Made by a program: the position numbers and the translations under genes. This document shows, piece after piece, positions 43,626 to 54,161 of a stretch of 64,000 bases of DNA. The stretch is from Bacilli bacterium (lineage in GTDB: Bacteria; Bacillota_I; Bacilli_A; JBKEDG01). The notes under the pieces were generated by a model, which worked only from the letters and a program-made list of their open reading frames with translations, was not told the origin of the DNA and made no database searches. Each line of letters opens with the position of its first letter. Positions within the stretch are counted from its first letter, which is position 1. The DNA is taken from NCBI GenBank assembly GCA_047975285.1, contig JBKEDG010000031.1, forward strand, positions 268-64,267. The letters run 5' to 3'.

Positions 43626-44312
43626 TTAATTATCTAAATCAATTCCCTTTCTTTTAGCCAAATATTTAGGAACTAATGATACTAAAAATAATACTACTCC
43701 AGCAATAGTAAATTTAATCAACAAATCAAAACTCACCCCATTTTTTATAATTTCTCCTGCCATAAATGCATAGATAAACGCCCCCGGTGCCATACAAATT
43801 AATGTAATAAGTGCATAAATGGAGAATTTAATTTCAGTTATTCCGTAGGCATAGTTTTGCACATTGTATGGAAAAATTGGGACCAGTCTTGTTAAAATTA
43901 AAAAATTTGCCCCATTTTTTCTAGTTCCTTCTTCTACCTTTTTAAATATAGCGTTATCTTTAAATTTATTCTTAATTAAATCTCTAGCTAAGTATCTGGC
44001 GATTATAAATGATACACAAGCTCCCATTGTTGACCCAGTAAGAGCAAGAATCGCTCCCTTAACAGGTCCAAAAGCCATTCCTGCCATTATGGTAAATATT
44101 GATGCTGGCAACATAAATACTGAGACTAAAACATACAATAATATATATATTATATATCCGATAACTCCAAATCCATTAAAAAAGTCCTGCATCGCACTAA
44201 CATTTTTAATGAAGTCTAAAAAGCCTGTTTTCCACGCAACAAAAAAACCAGCAATTAATATTACAATAAAAATTACTAATGGTATAAACTTTCTTCTTTC
44301 TTTCATAAACAC
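43626..44312 (-). CDS. DedA/SNARE-associated family membrane protein
   Basis: 228 aa with DedA-like topology and motifs. Confidence 0.7.
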   Translation of the reverse strand: MFMKERRKFIPLVIFIVILIAGFFVAWKTGFLDFIKNVSAMQDFFNGFGVIGYIIYILLYVLVSVFMLPASIFTIMAGMAFGPVKGAILALTGSTMGACVSFIIARYLARDLIKNKFKDNAIFKKVEEGTRKNGANFLILTRLVPIFPYNVQNYAYGITEIKFSIYALITLICMAPGAFIYAFMAGEIIKNGVSFDLLIKFTIAGVVLFLVSLVPKYLAKRKGIDLDN

Positions 44313-44591
44313 CCCTATTTATATTTATGTCTAACTCTAGTTTTGGTTAAAGACACATATTTTTAACTATAACAAACATATTGTAAAATATCTATTTTAT
44401 AAAAATTATACTTTCAAAAGAATATATACAATTCTCATTTAATATATTGTACTAAGTAAAAAACCGTACTAAATACCCTATTTAGTTTTACTTTTTTGTC
44501 AAGTTGGAAAATAATGCATCTAATCCCCTCCTAAATGTATTATACATACTTATTTAACAGTTGTCCATATTAAAATATAATTAACTTAGGT

Positions 44592-44751
44592 TTTACTTCC
44601 TTTTATCATTAAAATACGTAATTATAGCAAGTACACAGGGAACAATGGAATATATCAAATACTTAATATCCTGTAATACGTATGCAAAACTACATAATAA
44701 TGATGCTGTAAATACAAATGCAATAATTTTTAATGCTGTCTCTCTTTTCAT
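44592..44751 (-). CDS. 53-aa hydrophobic peptide translationally coupled to mutS (ATGA overlap)
   Basis: MKRETALKIIAFVFTASLLCSFAYVLQDIKYLIYSIVPCVLAIITYFNDKRK. Its ATG overlaps the mutS TGA stop. Confidence 0.35.
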
Positions 44752-47195
44752 CTTATTTTCTCCTTTAATTCACTCAATTTATTTAATGCCTCGATTGGAC
44801 TTAAATTATTAATATCTAACTTTGATAAAGTTTTTTCTACTTCACTTTCTACTTTTATATACTCAAACTTAACCTGACTTTCTTCATGATTGACTGACTC
44901 ATAGTGCTTTAGTGCTTTATAGCTAGCACCAATAATCGCATTTGGAAGCTTGGCAAGCTTGGCAACATATATTCCATAACTTTTTGAAGCTGCACCATTT
45001 ACAATACGATGCTTAAATGTAATCTCTCCATTCTCTTCTAATACGCTTGCATGAACATTAAAAATTATCTTATTCTCCAAACTTGTTAATTCATGGTAAT
45101 GTGTAGAAAATAAAGTTTTAGCACAAACATTTTTACTCATATATTCAATAATTGCATGACTTATACTCATTCCATCATATGTAGATGTTCCCCGCCCAAG
45201 TTCATCAAAAATTATTAATGAATTTCTACTAGCATTTTCAATAGCGTAGTTTGCCTCTAGCATTTCTAGTAAAAACGTGGACTTCCCGCTACTTAAATCA
45301 TCCTTTGCCCCAATTCTTGTGTAAATTGCATCGAAGACCATTAAGTTTGCGTAGTCACAAGCAACATATCCTCCCATTTGTGCCATAATAGCACAAATAG
45401 CAACTTGACGCATATATGTTGACTTACCACTCATATTAGGTCCAGTAATTAACATCATATTCTGATCACTTGCAAATGTAACATCGTTTTCAACAAAAAT
45501 TGTATTTGTAGCTTTTTCAACTACAGGATGCCTGCACCCCTTTATATCAATAATCTCATTATTATTAAAAGTAGGAGCAACTAACTTCTCACTATCTGCA
45601 ACATAGGCAAGTGAAGTAAGACAGTCAACCATTGCAATAGTAATAGCACTTTTTTGAATTTTTGAAATATTATCTTTTATGAAATTTCTTATTTCAATAA
45701 ATAGTTCATACTCCATTGTGATTAACTTAGAATCAACATTTAGAATCATCTCTTCTTGTTCTTTTAATTCACTTGTTATAAATCTTTCTCCATTAGTTAG
45801 AGTTTGTTTTCTTTCATAACCATATTCATCTTTTATCAAGTGCAAATTACTATTACTAACTTCAATAAAGAATCCAAACACCTTGTTATACTTAACTTTC
45901 AAATTCTTAATTCCAGTCCTTGCTTTTTCTCTTTGCTCTAAATCAATTAGCCATTGCTTACCATTTAATGCAATATCTTTTAATTCATCAAGTGAACTAT
46001 TATAGTTGTGTTTAATTAGCTTACCTTCTCTTAATGTAATTGGAGCGTCACTAGAGATCGAATTCTCAAGCAAATGTACAATATCTTCAAACTCTTCAAT
46101 TTCTAAACCAATTTTAGCCAATTTTAATAACTCATTTATTCTTGGAAGTTTAACAAGTGAAGATTTAAGCCAAAGTAAATCTCTCGCATTTGCACTTCCC
46201 ACACTAATCTTAGCACAAATTCTTTCTAAATCGTACACATCTTTTAAAGTTTTTTGTAAATCACTTAATACAATAAAATTTTCAATTAAATTTCTGATAA
46301 TAGTTTGACGATATTCTATTGATTTTAATTCTCTAAGGGGATGCAATATCCAACTTCTTAACATTCTACTTCCCATTGCAGTAGAGGTCTTATCTAAATA
46401 CCAGTAAAGTGATCCAAACTTTTCCTCATTTCTAGTAGTTTTTATAAGTTCAAGTGTTTCTACTGCATTTAAATCTAATTTCATTTTTAAGTCATCTACA
46501 ATAGTTTCTGCAGGTTTTAAATGTTTTAATTTATTTGCATACAATACTTCAATATATGAAACAAGTGTATCAATACAAGTATGAAAAATCGGATCACAGT
46601 TATTATACATTGAATCATGTTTACTTATATTATGACAACTACTAATAACAAATTGTTTTGAAATATCTAAATCAGTAACTACTTCCTTAACATCATTTTT
46701 TATGAGTTCTGGTTCTACCTTACCATTAATAATTTTACAAAATAACTCCCCAGTAGAAATATTTGTATAACACAAAACATTCTTATCTTTCTCTTTAATA
46801 TAGCAACCTACTGACGCTGTATTAACACAATCTTTAATTATTGTACCTGGTGTAATTATCTGGACAATACCACGCTTAACAAGTTTTGTAGTCCCAGCCT
46901 CCTCTAATTGCTCTACAATTGCTACTTTGTAACCTTTTTCAACAAGTTTTTCTAAGTAGTTTAAATAACTATGTGCAGGAACTCCACACATTGGAATTCT
47001 CTTATCTAATCCAGCCCTTTTACCAGTTAAGGCAATTTCTAATTCAGCACTTACAAGTGTTGCATCTTCAAAAAACATTTCATAAAATTCGCCTAATCTA
47101 AAAAAAATTATTTTATCAATATTTTGCAATTTTATATCAACATACTGTTTCATCATTGGAGTTAATTTATTTATATCAATATCACTTATCTTCAT
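44748..47195 (-). CDS. mutS: DNA mismatch repair protein MutS
   Basis: 815 aa with an N-terminal mismatch-binding domain (LTPMMKQY...FYE) and Walker A GPNMSGKST. Confidence 0.92.
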   Translation of the reverse strand: MKISDIDINKLTPMMKQYVDIKLQNIDKIIFFRLGEFYEMFFEDATLVSAELEIALTGKRAGLDKRIPMCGVPAHSYLNYLEKLVEKGYKVAIVEQLEEAGTTKLVKRGIVQIITPGTIIKDCVNTASVGCYIKEKDKNVLCYTNISTGELFCKIINGKVEPELIKNDVKEVVTDLDISKQFVISSCHNISKHDSMYNNCDPIFHTCIDTLVSYIEVLYANKLKHLKPAETIVDDLKMKLDLNAVETLELIKTTRNEEKFGSLYWYLDKTSTAMGSRMLRSWILHPLRELKSIEYRQTIIRNLIENFIVLSDLQKTLKDVYDLERICAKISVGSANARDLLWLKSSLVKLPRINELLKLAKIGLEIEEFEDIVHLLENSISSDAPITLREGKLIKHNYNSSLDELKDIALNGKQWLIDLEQREKARTGIKNLKVKYNKVFGFFIEVSNSNLHLIKDEYGYERKQTLTNGERFITSELKEQEEMILNVDSKLITMEYELFIEIRNFIKDNISKIQKSAITIAMVDCLTSLAYVADSEKLVAPTFNNNEIIDIKGCRHPVVEKATNTIFVENDVTFASDQNMMLITGPNMSGKSTYMRQVAICAIMAQMGGYVACDYANLMVFDAIYTRIGAKDDLSSGKSTFLLEMLEANYAIENASRNSLIIFDELGRGTSTYDGMSISHAIIEYMSKNVCAKTLFSTHYHELTSLENKIIFNVHASVLEENGEITFKHRIVNGAASKSYGIYVAKLAKLPNAIIGASYKALKHYESVNHEESQVKFEYIKVESEVEKTLSKLDINNLSPIEALNKLSELKEKIR

Positions 47196-47914
47196 AATTC
47201 ACCTACTATCATAAATATACCCATTAAAAGTATTGCTACTGTCACAAACAATTTAAACTGCTGTTCTTTTACTCTATTACTTATCCATAATCCAATATAA
47301 GCACCCATTATTACAACTACTCCATATATTAATCCTAGTTTGATGATATCGAGACTTAAATAATCAAAAGAAGTGTATGAAATTAATGCCACAACATTTA
47401 ATGATAGAAAAATCGTATTAAGCGTAGCCTTATAAACCAGTTTATCCATCTTCAAATTTGAAAAGAATAAGATTAAAGGCGGACCACCAACACCACTTAT
47501 ACCATTAAGTATCCCACATACTAAACCAACTAGTAAATAATATCTTTGATAAACATGAAACTTTATTTCTATGTGTAATAAATTAATTAAACTAGATAAA
47601 ATCAAAATAAATCCTAAAACAATTTTTAAGTACTTTTCATTAACACTACCAGTAAACCAAGCACCAACAATAGTAAATATTATTGCTACACTTATTAACG
47701 GTAATAGACTTCTTAACTTAGCATACTTTCGTATCTTTATAAATAGGCTAAGATTTAATAAAAAACTAAATATTACATTTAAATAAATTATCTGATGAAG
47801 TGGTAAAAAACAGGCAAGCAGCGGAATTAACACAAGTGAGAAACCAAAACCACAAAACCCCTGTATTATTGAACAAATTATAATAATTAATGTAATCAGT
47901 AAATTTTCCATCAT
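47192..47914 (-). CDS. TauE/SafE-family sulfite/anion exporter
   Basis: 240 aa, with 7-8 TM helices and the GxGGG-like motif typical of the family. Confidence 0.7.
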   Translation of the reverse strand: MMENLLITLIIIICSIIQGFCGFGFSLVLIPLLACFLPLHQIIYLNVIFSFLLNLSLFIKIRKYAKLRSLLPLISVAIIFTIVGAWFTGSVNEKYLKIVLGFILILSSLINLLHIEIKFHVYQRYYLLVGLVCGILNGISGVGGPPLILFFSNLKMDKLVYKATLNTIFLSLNVVALISYTSFDYLSLDIIKLGLIYGVVVIMGAYIGLWISNRVKEQQFKLFVTVAILLMGIFMIVGEL

Positions 47915-48028
47915 TTGAAGCTCCTATTAGTATAAAAAAACATTTTAAAATTGACACATATACAATACTATGATACCATAATATTTAGTAAGAAGTAACA
48001 AAAATATTAAAAATATAAAGGAGATCAT

Positions 48029-49222
48029 ATGAAATTATCAAAAAGAATTTTAAACATGCAAGAATCACCCGTAAGAAAGCTTGTTCCTTATGCTACTGAA
48101 GCAAAAAAGAATGGTAAAAAAGTGTATCACTTAAATATTGGTCAACCTGATATTGCTACACACGAATCATTTATGAATAGTATTAGAGAATTTGATCAAA
48201 AGGTTATTGCTTATGCAAATTCTCAAGGTCTTGATACTCTAGTTGATGCAATTATTGATTACTATAAAAACTTTAATATCAACTACAATAGTGAGGACGT
48301 TCTTATTACAACAGGTGGAAGTGAAGCATTACTGTTTTCAATTATTAGTATTTGTGACCCTGGTGATGAGGTTCTAGTACCTGAACCATTTTACACAAAT
48401 TATAATGGATTTGGTGCATGTGTAAACGTAGGAGTAAAACCAATTACAACAAAAGCAGAAGATGGATTTCATCTTCCTTCAAAAGCTGAAATTGTTTCTA
48501 AGATAACTCCCAAAACAAAAGCAATGATTTTTTCAAATCCTGGTAACCCTACAGGGGTTGTCTACACTAAAAAAGAATTAGAAATGTTAATTGAAATTGC
48601 AAGAGAACATGATTTATTTATTATTAGTGATGAAGTATATCGTGAATTTACATATGATGGAGAAAAGGCTATTAGTATGGGAACATTTACTGATGATGAT
48701 GAAAGAATTATCCTAGTTGACTCAGTAAGTAAAAGATATAGTGCATGTGGTGCAAGAATTGGATGTATCACTTCTAAAAATAGAGAATTTATGAAAAATG
48801 CAATGAAACTTTGCCAAGGAAGATTATGTGTTGCAACCCTTGATCAAGTTGGTGCAACTCAACTTTATAAATTACCTCAAGAATATATTCAAGAAATTCA
48901 TAGTGAATATAATAAGCGTAGAGACATAGTATATAACATGGTTAAAGAAATGGATGATGTTATTTGCAGAAAACCTCACGGTTCATTCTACTTAATTGCA
49001 AAATTACCAGTAGAAAATGCTGAAGACTTTGTTATATGGATGCTAACTAAATTTGATCTTGATGGAGAAACAGTAATGCTATCTCCTGCAGAAGGATTTT
49101 ATGCTACTCCTGGACTTGGTAAGAATGAGGTTCGCATAGCATATATGCTGAATACAAAAGAGTTAGAACGTGCAATGCATATCTTTAGCGAAGGTCTAAA
49201 GCAATACCGAAAACTACATTAA
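48029..49222 (+). CDS. Class I (aspartate/aromatic) aminotransferase
   Basis: 397 aa PLP fold type I with an SKR-containing lysine region. Terminator hairpin CTCAATGTATTTGAAATACATTGAG plus T5 at 49228..49261. Confidence 0.85.
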   Translation: MKLSKRILNMQESPVRKLVPYATEAKKNGKKVYHLNIGQPDIATHESFMNSIREFDQKVIAYANSQGLDTLVDAIIDYYKNFNINYNSEDVLITTGGSEALLFSIISICDPGDEVLVPEPFYTNYNGFGACVNVGVKPITTKAEDGFHLPSKAEIVSKITPKTKAMIFSNPGNPTGVVYTKKELEMLIEIAREHDLFIISDEVYREFTYDGEKAISMGTFTDDDERIILVDSVSKRYSACGARIGCITSKNREFMKNAMKLCQGRLCVATLDQVGATQLYKLPQEYIQEIHSEYNKRRDIVYNMVKEMDDVICRKPHGSFYLIAKLPVENAEDFVIWMLTKFDLDGETVMLSPAEGFYATPGLGKNEVRIAYMLNTKELERAMHIFSEGLKQYRKLH

Positions 49223-49591
49223 CAATTAAACTCAATGTATTTGAAATACATTGAGTTTTTATTATCTAATCATTAGTGATATAGCATATTAATACTCTAT
49301 TTCTTACAAGTTTTAGGCTAATAATTTTAAAGTATTTTGAGGAATTTGCATCAACAATAGTAAAACACATAAATTATTTACAGTAAACCAATATCAATTA
49401 AATTGATTACATAATAAAAATTCTTCAATAGTAGATATTATAATTCTACATATGAAGAATCTTAATTGGTTTATAAGGCAATGTGTATGTTTCAATTTTC
49501 TTACCTCTAATACCCTGCTTATCTCTAATAATTAATCTTTTATTAGTAAAAATTGCTCTAAAACTTAAATTAGGTGTGTTTTCACCATTTT

Positions 49592-49897
49592 TTATAATTT
49601 TACTTCTACTACTTCTCCATCTGGTCCAGGAGTTTCTTTTAAATATTTTTGAATTTCTAGGAACGCCTCTTCTTTTCCAGGTTTACAAGCTTTTAAATTT
49701 ATTTCGTTTGCAACAACCTTTTCAGCCATTCCCATACATCCAGGACATCCACATGCACCACAGTTATAACCAGGTAGCATATCATTTACAGTGATTATTC
49801 TCTTATCTGCTTCAACGTGAAATACTTTAGTAGCAATTGCAAGTCCAAGTCCAAGAATAGCTCCAATTCCAGCAAGTAATACTAATCCATAAACCAT
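49592..49897 (-). CDS. rnfB: Rnf complex subunit B, short form lacking the C-terminal 2x[4Fe-4S] ferredoxin domains
   Basis: N-terminal TM helix plus the Cys cluster CGACGCPGC...C of the RnfB N-domain. Only about 100 aa, with no continuation in any frame. Confidence 0.7.
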   Translation of the reverse strand: MVYGLVLLAGIGAILGLGLAIATKVFHVEADKRIITVNDMLPGYNCGACGCPGCMGMAEKVVANEINLKACKPGKEEAFLEIQKYLKETPGPDGEVVEVKL

Positions 49898-50499
49898 TAT
49901 ATAAGTCCTCCTAGCCCAATAAATGCAAGTGACATACAACCTGCAACTACTAGAGATATCGGAACTCCCTTGAATGCAATAGGGATATCTAAATTATCTA
50001 AACTCTCACGAATCGATGAGAATGCAAACATTACTAAACCAAATCCAAAAGCTGTTCCTAATGTTGTTGCAATTACAAGTCCAAATACTGCAATACTACT
50101 TGCTCCTGGCACTTCTATTAATACGTTTGAATTTGCTACACCTAATATTGCACAGTTAGTAGTAATAAGTGGTAAATATACCCCAAGTGATTTATATAAT
50201 GATGGTGAATGTTTCTTTAAAATTAATTCTACTAATTGTACTAATGAAGCAATTATTAAAATAAATGCTATTGTACTTAGAAATTCAATTCCAAGCGGTA
50301 CAAGTACAAATGTATACAATGGCCAAGTAACAACTGTAGCAATTAACATTACAAATGCAACTGCTGCACTCATTCCAACTGATGCTTCAACCTTCTTACT
50401 AACTCCAAGGAATGGACAAATACCAAGAAATTGCATAAGTATTACATTATTAATTAACATTGCTGATATAATAGCTGCTAAAAATGTATAAATAGTCAT
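49897..50499 (-). CDS. rnfA: Rnf complex subunit A
   Basis: 200 aa, 6 TM helices, RnfA/NqrE family. Confidence 0.9.
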   Translation of the reverse strand: MTIYTFLAAIISAMLINNVILMQFLGICPFLGVSKKVEASVGMSAAVAFVMLIATVVTWPLYTFVLVPLGIEFLSTIAFILIIASLVQLVELILKKHSPSLYKSLGVYLPLITTNCAILGVANSNVLIEVPGASSIAVFGLVIATTLGTAFGFGLVMFAFSSIRESLDNLDIPIAFKGVPISLVVAGCMSLAFIGLGGLI

Positions 50500-51230
50500 T
50501 ATTTATCCCCCTTTTCAATTGCTTCTTTTGCTACTTTTTCTTCTTTTAATTTAGCAGCCTTCTCTTTTGCAATTCTAATCTTCTCTGCCTTAATCGCTTC
50601 TGCTTTAGCAAGCTTCTTATTTTTAATTGTTGTAATTACGGCTAAAATCATTCCAAGTGTAACAAACGCTCCAGCAGGAACTCCAAAGAACGTCATCCCA
50701 AAATCGCTTGAAAATAACCTTATACTCCCAGAAACTGGAATTGGTAAATATGTACCATATGAAATAGCACCTGTAGCAAGCAACTCTCTACAAAAGGCAA
50801 TAATTACAATTGCAAGAGTGAATCCAATCCCCATTCCAAGTGCATCAATAAATGAATTAAACACATTATTTTGTGAAGCATATGATTCGGCTCTTCCTAA
50901 GATTACACAGTTAACAACAATCAATGGAATGAATACTCCTAAACTATCTGCAAGCGCTCCAGCATAAGCATTTGTTAGCATTTCTATAATAGTAACAAAT
51001 GCTGCTATAATAACAATAAAGGCAGGAATTCTAATTTCATCTGGAATTAAATTCTTCATCAATGACACTACTATATTTGACCCAATTAAAACCAAAATAA
51101 CTAATACTCCCATACCCAGTGCTGTTTCAACAAACGCTGTTACAGCAAGCGTAGGACACATACCAAGTAGGAAAACAAATACTGGATTTTCTTTAAATAT
51201 TCCTTTTAAAAAATTATCTTTAACACTCAT
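50499..51230 (-). CDS. rnfE: Rnf complex subunit E, with a Lys/Glu/Ala-rich C-terminal tail
   Basis: RnfE/NqrD family core plus a ~40-aa KAEAIKAEKIRIAKEKAAKLKEEKVAKEAIEKGDK extension. Confidence 0.88.
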   Translation of the reverse strand: MSVKDNFLKGIFKENPVFVFLLGMCPTLAVTAFVETALGMGVLVILVLIGSNIVVSLMKNLIPDEIRIPAFIVIIAAFVTIIEMLTNAYAGALADSLGVFIPLIVVNCVILGRAESYASQNNVFNSFIDALGMGIGFTLAIVIIAFCRELLATGAISYGTYLPIPVSGSIRLFSSDFGMTFFGVPAGAFVTLGMILAVITTIKNKKLAKAEAIKAEKIRIAKEKAAKLKEEKVAKEAIEKGDK

Positions 51231-51239
51231 AATATCCTC

Positions 51240-51752
51240 CTACTCTACTTCACTTGCACATTTACTTGCAAGTTCAAATACTAATTTAGATGAATATGTT
51301 GCTCCACTTGCTGTATCTGCATCTACTGCACTTGCAGTATCTCCAACATACTGTTTTTTCACATATTCTTGATTTTTTACTTTATCACCAAACCCAGGTG
51401 TTTGATTAAAGTTAGAGTACTGAATTCCAACAATATTATTATCAAGATCAAATCCAACTAATGCAGTAATGGTACCATAACCATTTCTTCCACTAGCCTC
51501 ACATATAACACCTAGTTCTTCATCACCTTTTAAAACTGTTGTCATTTTATCAACATTCTTAGCATCAATTTCTTCATACTCACTCATATCTTCAAACAAT
51601 TCTGAATACAATTCTAATGTTTGTTCTTGACGATTTTTTTCAATAACTGGTGCAGTAATATTATTAACAATTGAAAGTAACAAAGCGCTAATACCTGAAA
51701 TAATTGCAAGAGTTAATTCCAAGTTTATTTTAGGATCTAATTTCTTAAACAT
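51240..51752 (-). CDS. rnfG: Rnf complex subunit G (FMN-binding)
   Basis: 170 aa with an N-terminal TM helix and an FMN-binding domain. Confidence 0.85.
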   Translation of the reverse strand: MFKKLDPKINLELTLAIISGISALLLSIVNNITAPVIEKNRQEQTLELYSELFEDMSEYEEIDAKNVDKMTTVLKGDEELGVICEASGRNGYGTITALVGFDLDNNIVGIQYSNFNQTPGFGDKVKNQEYVKKQYVGDTASAVDADTASGATYSSKLVFELASKCASEVE

Positions 51753-51761
51753 ATATACCTC

Positions 51762-52838
51762 CTACATTGTCCCTATTAGTACAATTGCAATAAAAATTGC
51801 AAGTGTAACTAATATAGTTATAATCCATCCACGAGTAAACTTAGTACTTAACCAACGATGATAATCAATTGAATGTGTAAACATATTCATAATTAAAATT
51901 GCAAACAACATTCCTTCTGGATATGCACCAAATACGCGAATTACAAACGTTAGTCCACCAATCGCCATTGCATAAAATACTCTACCCGGTGCTGTAATTG
52001 GTGCTGTAACAGGATCAGTTACCATGAACATTGCACCAAATAAAATACTACCTGTAAACAACTGTACTAATACAAAATCAAGGGGCAAATTAAGACGCAA
52101 CGCATACACAAGCGCAAGAACTGTAAATGTACCTAAACACGAAACAATCTTTCTCCAATCCGCTACCTTAAAAGTTACCATAAATATACCTGAAATAATT
52201 ATTGCAAGGGCACTAACTTCTCCAAATGAACCCGCTTCTCTTCCAATGAACATATCTGACATACTATAATTGTCAACAACACTCATAATCGATGAATAAT
52301 CTCCTGCTTCAATTGATGACTTCATAATTCCAAGTGGTGTTGCTGTTGAAAGATACTGAGTCTCATTTGCAAAATAAGAAAGTACCGCTCCAAATGAAAC
52401 TAACATAAAGATTCTTCCCACTCCAGCAGGATTAAAAATATTTCTTCCTAATCCACCAAAAAATAGTTTACCAATTAAAATAGCAAATGTTCCTGATGCA
52501 ATAATTAAAACTCCACCAGTTAAATAACCTTTTAAAACTGTACCATGTATCTCTGCACTAAAAATTCCTGCTGGTATAGTAAGAGCAAAAATAACCGCTG
52601 TTACTAGTGCACTATAATCTTTAAGTGTCTGCTCTTTTTTCATAATTTTATTTGCTATAAATTCTACTCCACATACAGTAATAATTGAAAGTAACAGTGC
52701 TATTACAAATTCTACTTTAAACTGCACAATTGACATAAATACAACAGGTATTAAGGCGATTAATACACTGAGCATCATCTTATCAACACTTGCGTTTGTT
52801 GTTCTTATATGTGGGCTTGCTTGTATTTTAAAATTCAT
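51762..52838 (-). CDS. rnfD: Rnf complex subunit D
   Basis: 358 aa polytopic protein of the RnfD/NqrB family. Confidence 0.9.
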   Translation of the reverse strand: MNFKIQASPHIRTTNASVDKMMLSVLIALIPVVFMSIVQFKVEFVIALLLSIITVCGVEFIANKIMKKEQTLKDYSALVTAVIFALTIPAGIFSAEIHGTVLKGYLTGGVLIIASGTFAILIGKLFFGGLGRNIFNPAGVGRIFMLVSFGAVLSYFANETQYLSTATPLGIMKSSIEAGDYSSIMSVVDNYSMSDMFIGREAGSFGEVSALAIIISGIFMVTFKVADWRKIVSCLGTFTVLALVYALRLNLPLDFVLVQLFTGSILFGAMFMVTDPVTAPITAPGRVFYAMAIGGLTFVIRVFGAYPEGMLFAILIMNMFTHSIDYHRWLSTKFTRGWIITILVTLAIFIAIVLIGTM

Positions 52839-52849
52839 TTCATATCCCC

Positions 52850-54151
52850 CTATATCAATTTCTTTCCTTTAGACATCATATCTGTTAAAGGAATTTTAGA
52901 AGTACATACATATGAACACATACCACATAATATGCAATCTTTTAAATTTAGTTTTACAACAGCATCAGTATTCTTTGCAGTTACAGCTTTAGCAATTTGA
53001 ATTGGCGCTAACTTAGATGGACATGAATATACACAAGAACCACATCTAACACAAGGCTCCTCTTTATCATCAATCTTTGGCAATACAAGTACTGAAGTAA
53101 CTGAAGACGATGCAATAACATCATCAAGTGCAACTGATTTACCCATCATTGGACCACCGATAACTAACACTTTATCAGGATACTCTTTTTTGTATCCACC
53201 ACATTTTTCAATAATATCTGGAATATGAGTCCCAACTTTTACTAAGAAAGTTTTAGGATTATTTATCGCTTGACCAGTAACTAAAAAATCTCTTTCTAAT
53301 ACAGGTAAGTTATACTTAACTGCATCGTAAATTGCTTTAGATGTTGTAGAATTAACTACCATTATACCATGTTCAGCAGGCATTACTGTAACTGGAATGC
53401 TAAGCCCAATTGTACTCTTGATAACATCCTTTTCATACCCTTGTGGATAATAGTTACCAACTTTTTTAATAGTTATATTCTCATTATTAATTAAATTAAG
53501 TTCTTTTGTCAAACAATCATAAAGTTCAACATTCTTTGACTTAACACTTACATAGCCTTTAGATGCACCATACACCTTCATAATAAGCTCTAAACCTAAA
53601 ATAATCTCTTTAGAATATTTAACAATTGCAAAGTAATCACTTACAAGATAAGGTTCACATTCAACACCATTAAGAATAACCGTATCAATATTCTTATCAA
53701 TTGAAAGCTTAATACTAGTTGGAAATGCACTTCCTCCTAACCCAACAATACTATTTCGCTCAACTGCATCAATAATATCTTGCTTAGTAAACTTATCAAT
53801 CTCTTCTTTGGATAAATCTGTAACACTATCACAGTATACTTCCTTGCAATCATTTTCAATAACAATACATTCAACTTTTTTACCGTGTTTGAAAAACTTT
53901 TTCTCAACACCTTTAAAAGTTCCACTGACTGTAGAATGAATATTCTGCTTAAAGAATCCTCCATCTCTTTGTCCAATAACTTGTCCTATCGTAACATAGT
54001 CCCCTTCTTTAATGAATACTTCTCCTTTTGCAGTTCTATCTGTAGTTACTGCATAATAAAGTAATTTAGGATCGGTAAACTTTACATACTCATACTCATG
54101 TTTACTAGGAATTGTTTCATCTAAAAATATTTCTCTTAATTTTTGAATCAT
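52850..54151 (-). CDS. rnfC: Rnf complex subunit C
   Basis: 433 aa with an NADH/FMN-binding core and two C-terminal CxxCxxCxxxCP [4Fe-4S] motifs. Confidence 0.9.
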   Translation of the reverse strand: MIQKLREIFLDETIPSKHEYEYVKFTDPKLLYYAVTTDRTAKGEVFIKEGDYVTIGQVIGQRDGGFFKQNIHSTVSGTFKGVEKKFFKHGKKVECIVIENDCKEVYCDSVTDLSKEEIDKFTKQDIIDAVERNSIVGLGGSAFPTSIKLSIDKNIDTVILNGVECEPYLVSDYFAIVKYSKEIILGLELIMKVYGASKGYVSVKSKNVELYDCLTKELNLINNENITIKKVGNYYPQGYEKDVIKSTIGLSIPVTVMPAEHGIMVVNSTTSKAIYDAVKYNLPVLERDFLVTGQAINNPKTFLVKVGTHIPDIIEKCGGYKKEYPDKVLVIGGPMMGKSVALDDVIASSSVTSVLVLPKIDDKEEPCVRCGSCVYSCPSKLAPIQIAKAVTAKNTDAVVKLNLKDCILCGMCSYVCTSKIPLTDMMSKGKKLI

Positions 54152-54161
54152 CTCTTCACCT

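Noticed and set aside
49970-50491. 173-aa plus-strand ORF.
   Set aside because: Antisense to rnfA, with no family resemblance.
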